From the NCBI GenBank assembly GCA_013289475.1, contig JABCZW010000006.1, positions 1,050 through 65,049 on the forward strand: 64,000 bases of DNA. Reading direction: 5' to 3'. Shown one piece after another: positions 46,952 to 55,956 of the stretch. This stretch comes from Bacteroidota bacterium (GTDB lineage: Bacteria > Bacteroidota > Bacteroidia > JABEUT01). A program made the translations under genes and the position numbers. Within the stretch, counting starts at the first letter, position 1, and each line of letters starts with the position of its first letter. A model generated the notes under the pieces. That model was not told the origin of the DNA. It was given only the letters and a program-made list of their open reading frames with translations, and made no database searches.

Positions 46952-48082
46952 ATGAACATAGGAATTGTTTGTTACCCTACATTTGGCGGTAGCGGTGTTG
47001 TAGCCACAGAATTAGGCAAGGCTCTTGCACTTAATGGCCACAGTGTACATTTTATAACGTATAGCCAGCCTGTCAGGTTGAGTGTTTTCTCAGGCAATAT
47101 TTTTTACCACGAGGTAACAGTTTCCGATTACCCGCTGTTTGATTACCCACCTTACGAATTGGCATTAGCCAATAAAATAGTAGAGGTTGCAAAATACAAT
47201 AAACTTGATCTGTTGCACGTACACTATGCCATACCACATGCATCGGCGGCCTATATGGCAAGGCAGATGTTAGCGGCAGAGAATATTTCATTACCATTTA
47301 TTACTACCCTTCACGGAACTGATATTACACTTGTAGGTAAAGATGCTTCGTTTGAAACGGCAATTGCATTTGCTATAAATGAATCAGATGCCGTAACTGC
47401 TGTTTCTGAAAGCCTGAAACAGGATACCTATTTTTATTTCAGGGGTGTAAGCAAAAAAAGGATAGATGTTATTCCCAACTTTATCAGGCTCGATCAGTAT
47501 GATTTTGAGCAAGCAAAAAAGGACAGGGCATTATACGCATCACCACATCAAAAAATATTAGTGCACGTGTCTAACTTCCGCAAGGTAAAGAGGGTAGAGG
47601 ATGTATTGCGCATGTTTGATATTGTAAGAAAGAAAATACCATCTCGACTTATATTGGTTGGCGATGGCCCTGAAAGAAGTAATATAGACAGGCTTTGCCG
47701 CGAACTCGATACCTGTGCGGAAATTCTTTCCCTCGGAAAAATAGTGGACCCTAACGGTATATTGGCTGCATCCGATCTGTTTGTTCTGCCATCAGAAACG
47801 GAAAGTTTTGGTTTAGCTGCGCTTGAGGCTATGGCAGCAGGCATACCTGTTATTTCGACTAACACAGGCGGATTGCCTGAAATTAATAAACAGGGCTTCT
47901 CCGGAATGTTAAGTAATGTTGGCGATGTGGAAGATATGGCAAAGAATGCCATTCATATTTTAGGGGATGAGAAAGTGCTTGCAGAGTTTAAGAAAAATGC
48001 ACACAAAGAAGCTGAGAAATATGATATTAGCAAGATATTGCCAATATACGAGGCCCTATATAAAGAGGTGATTTCCGACTAA
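46952..48082 (+). CDS. bshA: N-acetyl-alpha-D-glucosaminyl L-malate synthase (GT4), bacillithiol biosynthesis
   Basis: MNIGIVCYPTFGGSGVVATELGKALALNGHSVHFITY start typical of BshA, and a GT4 E-x7-E region (PSETESFGLAALEAMAAGIPVI). Confidence 0.75.
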   Translation: MNIGIVCYPTFGGSGVVATELGKALALNGHSVHFITYSQPVRLSVFSGNIFYHEVTVSDYPLFDYPPYELALANKIVEVAKYNKLDLLHVHYAIPHASAAYMARQMLAAENISLPFITTLHGTDITLVGKDASFETAIAFAINESDAVTAVSESLKQDTYFYFRGVSKKRIDVIPNFIRLDQYDFEQAKKDRALYASPHQKILVHVSNFRKVKRVEDVLRMFDIVRKKIPSRLILVGDGPERSNIDRLCRELDTCAEILSLGKIVDPNGILAASDLFVLPSETESFGLAALEAMAAGIPVISTNTGGLPEINKQGFSGMLSNVGDVEDMAKNAIHILGDEKVLAEFKKNAHKEAEKYDISKILPIYEALYKEVISD

Positions 48083-48083
48083 T

Positions 48084-48725
48084 TTATTGCTTCCAGCCTT
48101 CAGGGTTATTTACCCATTCTTCTAAAGGCGCTAAGTCCTTTTCGGTAATGTAGTTTATTTCCACTGCGCGCTGAATAAGCGTAGTATAATCGCAAAGTGA
48201 AACAATATTTACCTTGGCTTTTTTGAAGTTATCTTCAGCAATCTTCAGGTTATAATTAAAGATAGATACTATGCCTTTTACCAGGCATTTTTCTTTTCTC
48301 AGTGCTTCGGCAGCTTTAAGGCTGCTGCCACCGGTGGAAATAAGGTCCTCGATAAGTACAACCGATTGGCCTGCTTCAATTTCACCTTCAATCAGCTTTT
48401 CTGTTCCGTGCGATTTTGCTTCGCTGCGTACATAAACAAATGGAAGGCCCATATCCTGGGCAACCAATGCTCCGTGCGCAATGCCGCCTGTGGCAATACC
48501 TGCAATTACATCAGGTTTTCCAAATTCCTCTTGTATTGCACTAGTAAATTGTTGTCTTAAATAGGTACGTATTTTAGGGTACGAAAGTGTCTTGCGGTTA
48601 TCGCAGTAAATAGGCGATTTAATACCCGATGACCATACAAATGGTTTGTCGGGTTGGAGTTTTATTGCTTTGATTTGGAGTAAAAAATCCGCAATTTTGC
48701 GCGCTGAATCCTTATTCTGTATCAT
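48084..48725 (-). CDS. pyrE: Orotate phosphoribosyltransferase
   Basis: PFVWSSGIKSPIYCDNR and the PRPP loop VVLIEDLISTGGSS. Confidence 0.93.
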   Translation of the reverse strand: MIQNKDSARKIADFLLQIKAIKLQPDKPFVWSSGIKSPIYCDNRKTLSYPKIRTYLRQQFTSAIQEEFGKPDVIAGIATGGIAHGALVAQDMGLPFVYVRSEAKSHGTEKLIEGEIEAGQSVVLIEDLISTGGSSLKAAEALRKEKCLVKGIVSIFNYNLKIAEDNFKKAKVNIVSLCDYTTLIQRAVEINYITEKDLAPLEEWVNNPEGWKQ

Positions 48726-49338
48726 GATGCAAATGTATAAAGTTTATTATAATAACAGGTTTATATATATAGGGGCTGATATTCAGCCAATTCTTGAAAA
48801 AAAGATAAACAGAAAGCTAACGGGCACGTTTAATATAAGGGAAGAGTGGGAGAAGTTTAAAATGGATGAAACCTGCAAAAGTATTTGGATGCATGGCCAT
48901 GCCAAGGGTATTTGGAATAAGTTCAAGGCCATGTTCCTTAAGGTGGAAGCAGCAGGCGGACTTGTTAAAAATAGCAATGGCGATTACCTGCTCATATTCC
49001 GTAATAAAAAATGGGACCTGCCAAAAGGTAAATTAGAAAAGAAGGAGACATTTGAAATGGCTGCCTTACGTGAAGTAAAGGAAGAGTGCGGTGTAACAGA
49101 TTTAAAGATTGTGAGTCCCCTTTGTACCAGTTACCATATATATGAAAATGAAGGCTGGTTTTTATTGAAACGCAGCCATTGGTATAGTATGGATACCACT
49201 TTTACTGCTGAACCTGTTCCACAGCAGGAAGAAGGGATAGAGAAAGCCGTTTGGGCAAAGCCTGCACAGATAAAGAATTATATGGAGGATATGTTTCCAT
49301 CTATAAAAGATGTATTGGAAGAGCATTTACCAAAATAA
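48724..49338 (+). CDS. NUDIX hydrolase
   Basis: Nudix box GKLEKKETFEMAALREVKEECGV. The start is uncertain: ATG 48724, 48727 or 48733. Confidence 0.75.
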   Translation: MMQMYKVYYNNRFIYIGADIQPILEKKINRKLTGTFNIREEWEKFKMDETCKSIWMHGHAKGIWNKFKAMFLKVEAAGGLVKNSNGDYLLIFRNKKWDLPKGKLEKKETFEMAALREVKEECGVTDLKIVSPLCTSYHIYENEGWFLLKRSHWYSMDTTFTAEPVPQQEEGIEKAVWAKPAQIKNYMEDMFPSIKDVLEEHLPK

Positions 49339-49340
49339 TG

Positions 49341-49784
49341 CTATTTTAATAATGCCCCTATATGGTAGAATGTGGTTGAATAAACCAAAGCATTTCCAAA
49401 AATAACAGAATTGGTATCTACAGATGTGGTAATGGAGAATTTACCAATGGAATCAGTACTTATATAGAAGAGATCGATAATTTTATTGCCAGTTATTTTA
49501 CCCAAGCCTATTGGGCATAAAGATAAGCTAGCTCCGGTAGTTTGATCTAGTATTATACCTTTTAACTGAATTTTTTTATGTTTCTTGGATAATTTGATTT
49601 CCGTGAATAAAATTTTATAAACAGATTCTTCAAAAGCCTTTCCATCATGTAGTATACTATCATTCACAGTGGCCATTCTTGGTTGAGTTGTAATTTCTCT
49701 TGATGATTGTTCTAGAGGAACATTAGTGAAACACCCAGCTAAGAAGAGCATTGATAAAATAAGAATTCCCTTAAATAATAACAT
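49341..49784 (-). CDS. Hypothetical lipoprotein
   Basis: Lipobox FLAGC and a beta-rich C-terminus. No family recognised. Confidence 0.45.
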   Translation of the reverse strand: MLLFKGILILSMLFLAGCFTNVPLEQSSREITTQPRMATVNDSILHDGKAFEESVYKILFTEIKLSKKHKKIQLKGIILDQTTGASLSLCPIGLGKITGNKIIDLFYISTDSIGKFSITTSVDTNSVIFGNALVYSTTFYHIGALLK

Positions 49785-49793
49785 TGTGAAATA

Positions 49794-50207
49794 TTATTTA
49801 GAAAAAAATGGAGCCAGCTTATCAATCACTTCCTGGGGGATCGTAATGGGCCTGCCGCCATCTATCTTTACAAAAACGTGAGTGGTTTCTCCCTGGTTAA
49901 TTTGTATGCCTTTATCATTCCACATTTCATACTGAAAGGATAATCGTGTGCCGGTAGGTAATTCTTTCAGTATTGTCTTTATGGTTAATGTGTCATCAAA
50001 AAATGCCGGCTTGAAATATTTTATGTTGTAAGACAATACAGGCAACATAATACCTCTGTCTTCCATTTCCTTATAACTGAGCCCCAATGCACGCAATGCC
50101 TCAACACGGCCCGATTCGTAATAGGCAGCATAATTGCCGTAATAAACATAACCCATTCTGTCTGTTTCGGCATAACGCACTCTGATAATGTTTTCGCTGG
50201 TATACAT
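49794..50207 (-). CDS. Acyl-CoA thioesterase (YbgC/4HBT hot-dog family)
   Basis: IRVRYAETDRMGYVYYGNYAAYYESGRVEALR motif; 137 aa. Confidence 0.85.
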   Translation of the reverse strand: MYTSENIIRVRYAETDRMGYVYYGNYAAYYESGRVEALRALGLSYKEMEDRGIMLPVLSYNIKYFKPAFFDDTLTIKTILKELPTGTRLSFQYEMWNDKGIQINQGETTHVFVKIDGGRPITIPQEVIDKLAPFFSK

Positions 50208-50257
50208 ACTGTTATTTGAATTACAAATGTAGGGATAAATCTTAGCCTCAAAAGGTG

Positions 50258-50265
50258 TATCTTTG
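50258..50265 (+). promoter_or_regulatory. Candidate -7 box (TATCTTTG)
   Basis: TAnnTTTG 19 nt upstream of ATG 50284. It overlaps the TTG at 50263 used by the ORF track, which argues for the ATG start. Confidence 0.45.
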
Positions 50266-50283
50266 TACTATAATAATTGCCTT

Positions 50284-51009
50284 ATGTTCTCATTAGTCAA
50301 TATACAGGATGAACTGCTTAAAACCAGGCGAAAACATGCCCAGGTACAGCACTCACTTATCCAGCAAGTTGAAGAGGCAAAGAAGAAAGGAATAGCCATT
50401 GATGAGTTTTTGTTGAAGAGGTTGCACAATGCTCCTAAGCCCGGTAAATGGCAGGTGAATAGCGAGCTGCTCGATAAGAAAAAGATATTCTCAGTAGATG
50501 ATATTAAAAGTATTTGCATACAATACCGCTTACGTTTTTTAGACAGCAAGTATTTTAAAATAGAGGGACTGCCAACCGAAGAAGTTAAAGCAATAAAGAA
50601 CCTGGAGAAAGAATTAGGTAAAGAAATCAGAAGTGTAAAAATGCTTGCCTCACTTAATTCGTTCAGGCAGGAAAATATAAATAACACCATGCTTTTATTT
50701 GCCGAGATGGATGAAAATAATTTTTACCTTGTACATAAATTGGGTAATGGCTTTAGCAGGTATAAAAAAATAATTTCCTTTCCTTTCAGGAGCATTCTAT
50801 CACTTCTGATTACTTGTATAATTATAGGATTACCCGTGGCATTTATAGTGCCGGCTTTTATATTTAATACACCCGAAAAAGTACAATATTATCAAATGCT
50901 TTACCTAGCTGGGTTTACCGTATCGGTAGTGTTTATTATGGTATTCGGCGGCTTTACATTCTATAAAAAATTTAGCCGTGTATGCTGGAATCGCCCATAT
51001 TTTAACTGA
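50284..51009 (+). CDS. Hypothetical membrane protein (soluble N-terminal domain + 2 C-terminal TM helices)
   Basis: ORF with a good start context. No family recognised. Confidence 0.5.
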   Translation: MFSLVNIQDELLKTRRKHAQVQHSLIQQVEEAKKKGIAIDEFLLKRLHNAPKPGKWQVNSELLDKKKIFSVDDIKSICIQYRLRFLDSKYFKIEGLPTEEVKAIKNLEKELGKEIRSVKMLASLNSFRQENINNTMLLFAEMDENNFYLVHKLGNGFSRYKKIISFPFRSILSLLITCIIIGLPVAFIVPAFIFNTPEKVQYYQMLYLAGFTVSVVFIMVFGGFTFYKKFSRVCWNRPYFN

Positions 51010-51099
51010 TTTTAGCAACTGGTTTAACACTTTTTAACGGTAAAATCCCCTTCAAACCTATAAGGCACAGTATATTTGCATGTTAGAATAATGGGGCAT

Positions 51100-51636
51100 A
51101 TGAAAGTCAGGGCACATATAATTCTTATTACAATTACGGCTCTTTTAACAGGGTGTTCGTTTACGGTGTTTGCACAAGGCCAAAACCAGAATAATTGCTG
51201 TAATCCCAATGTGCATGTTAGTGTACATAAGCAAACCGATGCTAATGGAAATGTAATAAGCTACGATTCTACCTACACATATATATATTCGGGTAAATGC
51301 CATAATGATGCCTATGTAGATTCAATAATGAAGAAATATGGGGGAGATATGAATGCAATGTTCTTTTCAATGCCACTTAATACGCCCGATTTTACCAATT
51401 ATCCTTTTATACAGCAGTTTGGCGCTATGGATTTTGATAAAATGCAGCAAATGATGCAAGGCCAGATGAACCAGATGCTTCAAAATTATGGAATGCCTCC
51501 CTGCAAAGGGTTTTTCTGCCAACCTCCCCCTACACCTCAATGCTGTCCTAAAGATTCAATAAAATACCGGCAGCAACATTTAGAAAAAAAAGATTGCCCC
51601 AAGCATAATAAAGCAAAAGGTGGTGTGCAGATTTAA
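51100..51636 (+). CDS. Hypothetical Cys-, Met- and Gln-rich lipoprotein
   Basis: MKVRAHIILITITALLTGCS lipobox. Also NNCCNP, a MQQMMQGQMNQMLQNYGM tract and PPCKGFFCQPPPTPQCCPKD. Confidence 0.5.
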   Translation: MKVRAHIILITITALLTGCSFTVFAQGQNQNNCCNPNVHVSVHKQTDANGNVISYDSTYTYIYSGKCHNDAYVDSIMKKYGGDMNAMFFSMPLNTPDFTNYPFIQQFGAMDFDKMQQMMQGQMNQMLQNYGMPPCKGFFCQPPPTPQCCPKDSIKYRQQHLEKKDCPKHNKAKGGVQI

Positions 51637-51694
51637 AAAATTTTCTTTTCTTTGTTGTGGTAATTGAGCGTAATAAATTATTTAGCCGGTATTT

Positions 51695-51967
51695 ATGAAA
51701 TATTTACATCGCGTTTTTAAGGCCAAAAAAGGCACTCATGTAATGGTACATATCAGTGAACCTACAAAGGTTATGCTGTTGGGAGATTATCATTACAAGC
51801 AATACAAAGAACACAAAACATTTAGTTATCGTGGCGGCATGATTGAGGGTAGTAGCCATGATTTTGAAATACCTAACGACGGCCTTTGGCATGTTGTTAT
51901 AGAAAAAGGCAGCTATTATAACCCAAGGCCAATTACTGCTTCGGTAGAAATACTCGAAAAAAAATAA
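51695..51967 (+). CDS. DUF1883-like small protein
   Basis: 90 aa. The pattern KGTHVMVHISEPTKVMLLGDYHYKQYKEHKTFSYRGG resembles DUF1883. Recalled from memory, not searched. Confidence 0.45.
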   Translation: MKYLHRVFKAKKGTHVMVHISEPTKVMLLGDYHYKQYKEHKTFSYRGGMIEGSSHDFEIPNDGLWHVVIEKGSYYNPRPITASVEILEKK

Positions 51968-51973
51968 TTCATT

Positions 51974-52327
51974 TTGTATCCGGAGGGTGAAATAACGCCC
52001 GATTTTGTCAGGAAAACAGTTGCTACAGGCAAACAGTATTCAATAGTTTTTCTGAACGCAGGGCCAACCTATCTTTCAATGCCCGATGATGAGAAGCAAA
52101 GGGTGCATATGGCACATCTCATTCATTTATTCACACTAAAAAAGCAGGGGCACATTTTACTTGTCGGCCCTTTATCAGATAACCCAATAACAAAAGGAAT
52201 AATAATATTCAGTTCAGCCGACAAGGAAGAAGTAAGAAAGCTTGTTGAGGCAGATCCTGCTGTTAAAGCCGGGCGGTTTTTATATGATATTTATGGGTGG
52301 TTCGGTGTTCCCGGAGATAAAATATAA
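51974..52327 (+). CDS. YciI-like protein
   Basis: 117 aa. HMAHLIHLFTLKKQGHILLVGPL...DPAVKAGRFLYDIYGW fits the YCII fold pattern. TTG start. Confidence 0.5.
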   Translation: MYPEGEITPDFVRKTVATGKQYSIVFLNAGPTYLSMPDDEKQRVHMAHLIHLFTLKKQGHILLVGPLSDNPITKGIIIFSSADKEEVRKLVEADPAVKAGRFLYDIYGWFGVPGDKI

Positions 52328-53125
52328 TTAGCCTATCTGTCCGCTTACCCTGTTATAAATATTTTCTGGCTGCCATACCCTGCTTTTACCTAATCTCATT
52401 CGTTTTGCAGTTCTGAAATGGGTATAGTTGTGCTTAACTAAATAATCTGTTGCGGGTTTGTTATCCGACGGAAAAATAAAATATTCAAACGCCTTGCTGC
52501 GCAATTTCATTAACTCAGTTCCTGCATTTGCATTTTTTGCTACTATCAACCCGTTGCTAAACCTAGGAAGATAAAAACCTTCTACCTTATTGTTGTTTAT
52601 AAATACAAATGAATCGGGCAAGAATGGGCGAATATGCATTGCCCTGGTTTCTCCATATACTTCTAAATCTATAGCTAATACTTTAGTTAAATACTCTTCT
52701 TCGTATGGTTTTATATAATCTGCAATTACTACATCACCACCAAAACTTCCATTGTTAAAAAACAGGTAATCTGCTTCGGCAATAAAGCCAAGTTTCTTGT
52801 AAACCGGTTCACCCATATCGGTTGCTATAAGGTAAATGGTTTCAGTTTTACTTTTTAAAGCATTTATTAAGTTTTGGGTAATAAAACTGCCAATTCCTTT
52901 GTTCCTGTAACCGCTATGAACTATAATGTGAGCGAGCCATGCTACATTATCGTGCAGAATAGAAGCGCCAATGCCAATGACCTTATCATCGGAAATAACC
53001 TTCATTGGAAAGCAAAAAGAAGAGTTTAAATAAAAATTAAAATGAGGGGTGATATTGTCCCATCCTGTGGGTTGAAGCTCCTTGAGTGAATCTAAATCAG
53101 TGCGCTCGAATGGTAAAAGATTCAT
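52328..53125 (-). CDS. GNAT family N-acetyltransferase (two-lobed)
   Basis: VHSGYRNKGIGSFITQNLI acetyl-CoA-binding motif; 265 aa. Confidence 0.75.
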   Translation of the reverse strand: MNLLPFERTDLDSLKELQPTGWDNITPHFNFYLNSSFCFPMKVISDDKVIGIGASILHDNVAWLAHIIVHSGYRNKGIGSFITQNLINALKSKTETIYLIATDMGEPVYKKLGFIAEADYLFFNNGSFGGDVVIADYIKPYEEEYLTKVLAIDLEVYGETRAMHIRPFLPDSFVFINNNKVEGFYLPRFSNGLIVAKNANAGTELMKLRSKAFEYFIFPSDNKPATDYLVKHNYTHFRTAKRMRLGKSRVWQPENIYNRVSGQIG

Positions 53126-53140
53126 GGAGTGTTAATCTCA

Positions 53141-53707
53141 CTATACTGCCCCGTTGGTACTGGTTAAAAAGTACTGGGCAAATTCTTTTTTTATGCTCTC
53201 AATAGCTATCTGAGTAGGAAACTTGCCAATTTGTGATGTTATTTGAAGCATGTTTTCAGCTAATTCCGGCGCGGTAGCCGTAACCGAAAGTTTAGAAGCT
53301 GAAATATTGATAAGGCGTATAGTTTCTTCGGTTGCTGTTTTTACCATCGACCATGCATTGGGCGACATATATACCTGTTGCGACAGGTTATGGTCATATT
53401 CGCTGCGGACAGCGCCTACAAGTTCACTCTGGAATAGCCTGGCGCTTGAATTGCCCTTTATTATTCTGCGTATAAGGCTTTCGGGGGTGGAACGTTCTAA
53501 AAAAAGTATAATGCGTTCATAAGCCTGCATACGTGCCGGAAAAATTATATCCTGCTTGGCTTTTTCAATTTCAATTTTCTGCCTGCTTTCTTCATACTTA
53601 AGGTAACTGCGTATAATTAAATAAGCGGTTAAGCCAATAGACAGGGTTGGCAAAAATATTTCAAGCACTAATGTTACACTTTCCATAAAAAAAGCTTTTA
53701 GGGGCAT
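53141..53707 (-). CDS. Hypothetical membrane-anchored helical protein
   Basis: One N-terminal TM helix. No family recognised. The true start may be ATG 53686 (MESVTL). Confidence 0.45.
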   Translation of the reverse strand: MPLKAFFMESVTLVLEIFLPTLSIGLTAYLIIRSYLKYEESRQKIEIEKAKQDIIFPARMQAYERIILFLERSTPESLIRRIIKGNSSARLFQSELVGAVRSEYDHNLSQQVYMSPNAWSMVKTATEETIRLINISASKLSVTATAPELAENMLQITSQIGKFPTQIAIESIKKEFAQYFLTSTNGAV

Positions 53708-53794
53708 AAAGATAGCAATTTAGTGAATGTTTGTTTCGTTAAGTAAATTGATTTGATTGGCAAAACAAGGTTATTATTGCAGTTCAATTAGCAA

Positions 53795-54556
53795 ATGAAA
53801 AGTTATTCCGGTAAAATATTCGGAGCCGTACTTGGGTACTTATTTGGCCGTTTTGATGGTGCAATAATAGGTTTCCTTATTGGTGTGTTCCTTGATGAGT
53901 ATGTGTTGAGCGGTTCGCCCGAAAGGCAGCATGCCAACCAGCAAAGAGATACATGGTACAATGTAGAAGGCGATTTTCATATGAGTCTGCTGGCTCTTTC
54001 TGCCGCCGTTATGCAAAGTGACGGTGTTACAACCCGTTCGGAACTTGATTATGTAAAAGCTTTTCTTGTTAAGCAATTCGGGGTTGAAAAAACAAAAGAA
54101 GATCTTTTAGTATTGAGGGAAATGCTGAAACGGAGAGTGCCTTTAGATAAAGTGTGCTTATCGCTAAGGCATGGTATGGCATACCAGGGCAGGTTGCAGG
54201 TGTTGCATTATTTATTCGGTGTTGCTCTTGCCGATGGTACCTTAGATAATAATGAACGCCAGCTTTTGAACCGGATAGCCATATTACTGGGTATTACCCC
54301 CATTGATTTAAGATCCATCGGCGCCATGTTTAGCAAGGGCGGCAGTATTAATAGTGATGTGGCATATGAAATACTGGGGATAAACAAAGATGCCACCGAT
54401 GAAGAGGTTAAAAAGGCGTACAGGCGAATGGCATTGGAGAGCCATCCCGACAAAGTAACCCATCTCGGGGAGGACATACGTAAGGATGCTGAAGAGAAAT
54501 TCAAAAAAATACAACAAGCATACGAAGATATTAAGAGCAGGCGCGGATTTTCATAA
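53795..54556 (+). CDS. djlA: DjlA-like co-chaperone (TM + TerB-like domain + C-terminal J domain)
   Basis: C-terminal [31 protein letters not shown] with the HPD motif, plus an N-terminal TM helix. Confidence 0.8.
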   Translation: MKSYSGKIFGAVLGYLFGRFDGAIIGFLIGVFLDEYVLSGSPERQHANQQRDTWYNVEGDFHMSLLALSAAVMQSDGVTTRSELDYVKAFLVKQFGVEKTKEDLLVLREMLKRRVPLDKVCLSLRHGMAYQGRLQVLHYLFGVALADGTLDNNERQLLNRIAILLGITPIDLRSIGAMFSKGGSINSDVAYEILGINKDATDEEVKKAYRRMALESHPDKVTHLGEDIRKDAEEKFKKIQQAYEDIKSRRGFS

Positions 54557-54557
54557 A

Positions 54558-54580
54558 AACAGGGCAACCTGTTAATTTTA
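54558..54580 (+). terminator. Rho-independent terminator after djlA-like gene
   Basis: AACAGG GCAA CCTGTT hairpin followed by AATTTTATT. Confidence 0.5.
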
Positions 54581-54603
54581 TTAGCTGGTATAGAATCTGT
54601 TTT

Positions 54604-54611
54604 TATATTTG
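54604..54611 (+). promoter_or_regulatory. Candidate -7 box (TATATTTG) for the tRNA-Leu pair
   Basis: TAnnTTTG 34 nt upstream of the first tRNA. Confidence 0.4.
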
Positions 54612-54644
54612 CACCCTGCTTTTTTAAGCTATGTTCTTTAAAAT

Positions 54645-54728
54645 GCCCGGATGGCGAAATTGGTAGACGCACCACTTTGAGGGGGTGGCGCCAGTAATGG
54701 TGTGCGAGTTCGAGTCTCGCTTCGGGCA
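54645..54728 (+). tRNA. tRNA-Leu (anticodon GAG)
   Basis: Hand-folded cloverleaf: acceptor GCCCGGA/TTCGGGC, D arm GCG..CGC, and anticodon stem CCACT/GGTGG with loop TTGAGGG. It also has a 15-nt variable arm (class II) and T arm GCGAG TTCGAGT CTCGC. Confidence 0.9.
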
Positions 54729-54734
54729 CGAAAT

Positions 54735-54813
54735 AAGTTAAAAGTTGAAGGTTAAAAGTGGAAAGTGAAATGCATCCCTTTTAACTTTTCGCTTTAATCT
54801 TTTCACTTACATA
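54735..54813. repeat. Two 35-nt heptanucleotide-word tracts in inverted orientation (AAGTTAA AAGTTGA AGGTTAA AAGTGGA AAGTGAA / TTTTAAC TTTTCGC TTTAATC TTTTCAC TTACATA)
   Basis: Read directly at 54735-54769 and 54779-54813. They fill the spacer between the two tRNA-Leu genes and can form a long imperfect hairpin. Confidence 0.8.
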
Positions 54814-54814
54814 G

Positions 54815-54898
54815 GCCCGGGTGGCGAAATTGGTAAACGTTGCGGTCTCAGAAGCCGTTGGAGTTACATCCTTGAGAGTTCGAGTCTCTCCTCGGGCA
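54815..54898 (+). tRNA. tRNA-Leu (anticodon CAG)
   Basis: Hand-folded: acceptor GCCCGGG/CTCGGGC, anticodon stem GCGGT/GCCGT with loop CTCAGAA, 15-nt variable arm, T arm GAGAG TTCGAGT CTCTC. Confidence 0.9.
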
Positions 54899-55023
54899 CA
54901 AACCTACCTAAAACGTATAGTCGTTCAAAGAAAAAACGGAACAGGGATAATTGTTGATCATATTAACAGTTTGTTCATAAAAAATGACTGTTTTTAATGG
55001 GAAACTTTGTATATTTGCTCAAC

Positions 55024-55956
55024 ATGAGGAAAATATACATTTATTACAGTATCGTTTTAGCAATTGTTGTGCTGCCTTTTACAGGGAAGGCTCAATATTT
55101 CTACAATCGTTTTGGCGCTCATAACGAATGGGTATTCGGCGCTGGGCCTTCCCAGTTTTTGGGCGATTTAGGTGGTTCACCTACAGTTGGTACACACTTT
55201 TTAAAAGATTTCAACTTTCAGGCTATCCGTTACGGAGGGTTTGTTGGTTATCGCGACTTTATTAACCCTGTGCTTGCAGTAAGAGGAACCCTTATAGGTG
55301 GTATGGTGTCGGGATTCGATAACCTGAGTAGTGAGCCATACAGGCATAACCGGAACCTTAACTTCAGGTCTCCAATACTTGAATTATCGGCACAGGCTGA
55401 GTATTATTTTTACCAGAGCAGCCATATCGGGCATCGTTATCATATTAAGCATGCACACGGTTTTAAACGTTTTAATATAGATGGCTACGTTTTTGTCGGA
55501 CTTGGAGGTTTATATTTCAACCCACAAGGTAAATACATTGATGGTACATGGTATAATTTAAGGCCTTTAAGTACGGAAGGTGAAGGATTACCGGGCGGCC
55601 CTAAAGAATATTCTCAGTTTGCTTTATCTATCCCGGCAGGTATTGGATTTAAATACAATGTAAACCCTCAGTTTACAATCGGACTTGAGATATCTGACAG
55701 GATTTGGACCAGTAGTGATTATATTGATGATGCGCATAATGTATACTATGATAATGCTGCAATTTTGGCTGCGAAGGGTCCTATAGCAGCTTATTTTGCT
55801 GATCCTGCATTACATACTATAGTACAAGAATTTCCTCCGGACAAAACTGGTTTGGAGCGTGCTGATAGTAAGCACAACGATACCTATATGTTTACGTTCT
55901 TAACATTTACATATTCGCCTTCTCCCTTCCACAGAAGGACTCGTTCGAAATTCTAA
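55024..55956 (+). CDS. DUF6089-like outer-membrane beta-barrel protein
   Basis: Signal peptide MRKIYIYYSIVLAIVVLPFTGKAQ and alternating beta-strand pattern. Motifs GDLGG and W.SSDYIDD resemble DUF6089 (from memory). Confidence 0.55.
   Translation: MRKIYIYYSIVLAIVVLPFTGKAQYFYNRFGAHNEWVFGAGPSQFLGDLGGSPTVGTHFLKDFNFQAIRYGGFVGYRDFINPVLAVRGTLIGGMVSGFDNLSSEPYRHNRNLNFRSPILELSAQAEYYFYQSSHIGHRYHIKHAHGFKRFNIDGYVFVGLGGLYFNPQGKYIDGTWYNLRPLSTEGEGLPGGPKEYSQFALSIPAGIGFKYNVNPQFTIGLEISDRIWTSSDYIDDAHNVYYDNAAILAAKGPIAAYFADPALHTIVQEFPPDKTGLERADSKHNDTYMFTFLTFTYSPSPFHRRTRSKF

Noticed and set aside
54645-54898. tRNA-Leu pair as an integration hotspot for a genomic island
   Set aside because: No integrase, no direct repeat of a tRNA 3' end and no foreign-looking gene block on either side. 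The flanking genes are ordinary (djlA-like, DUF6089).
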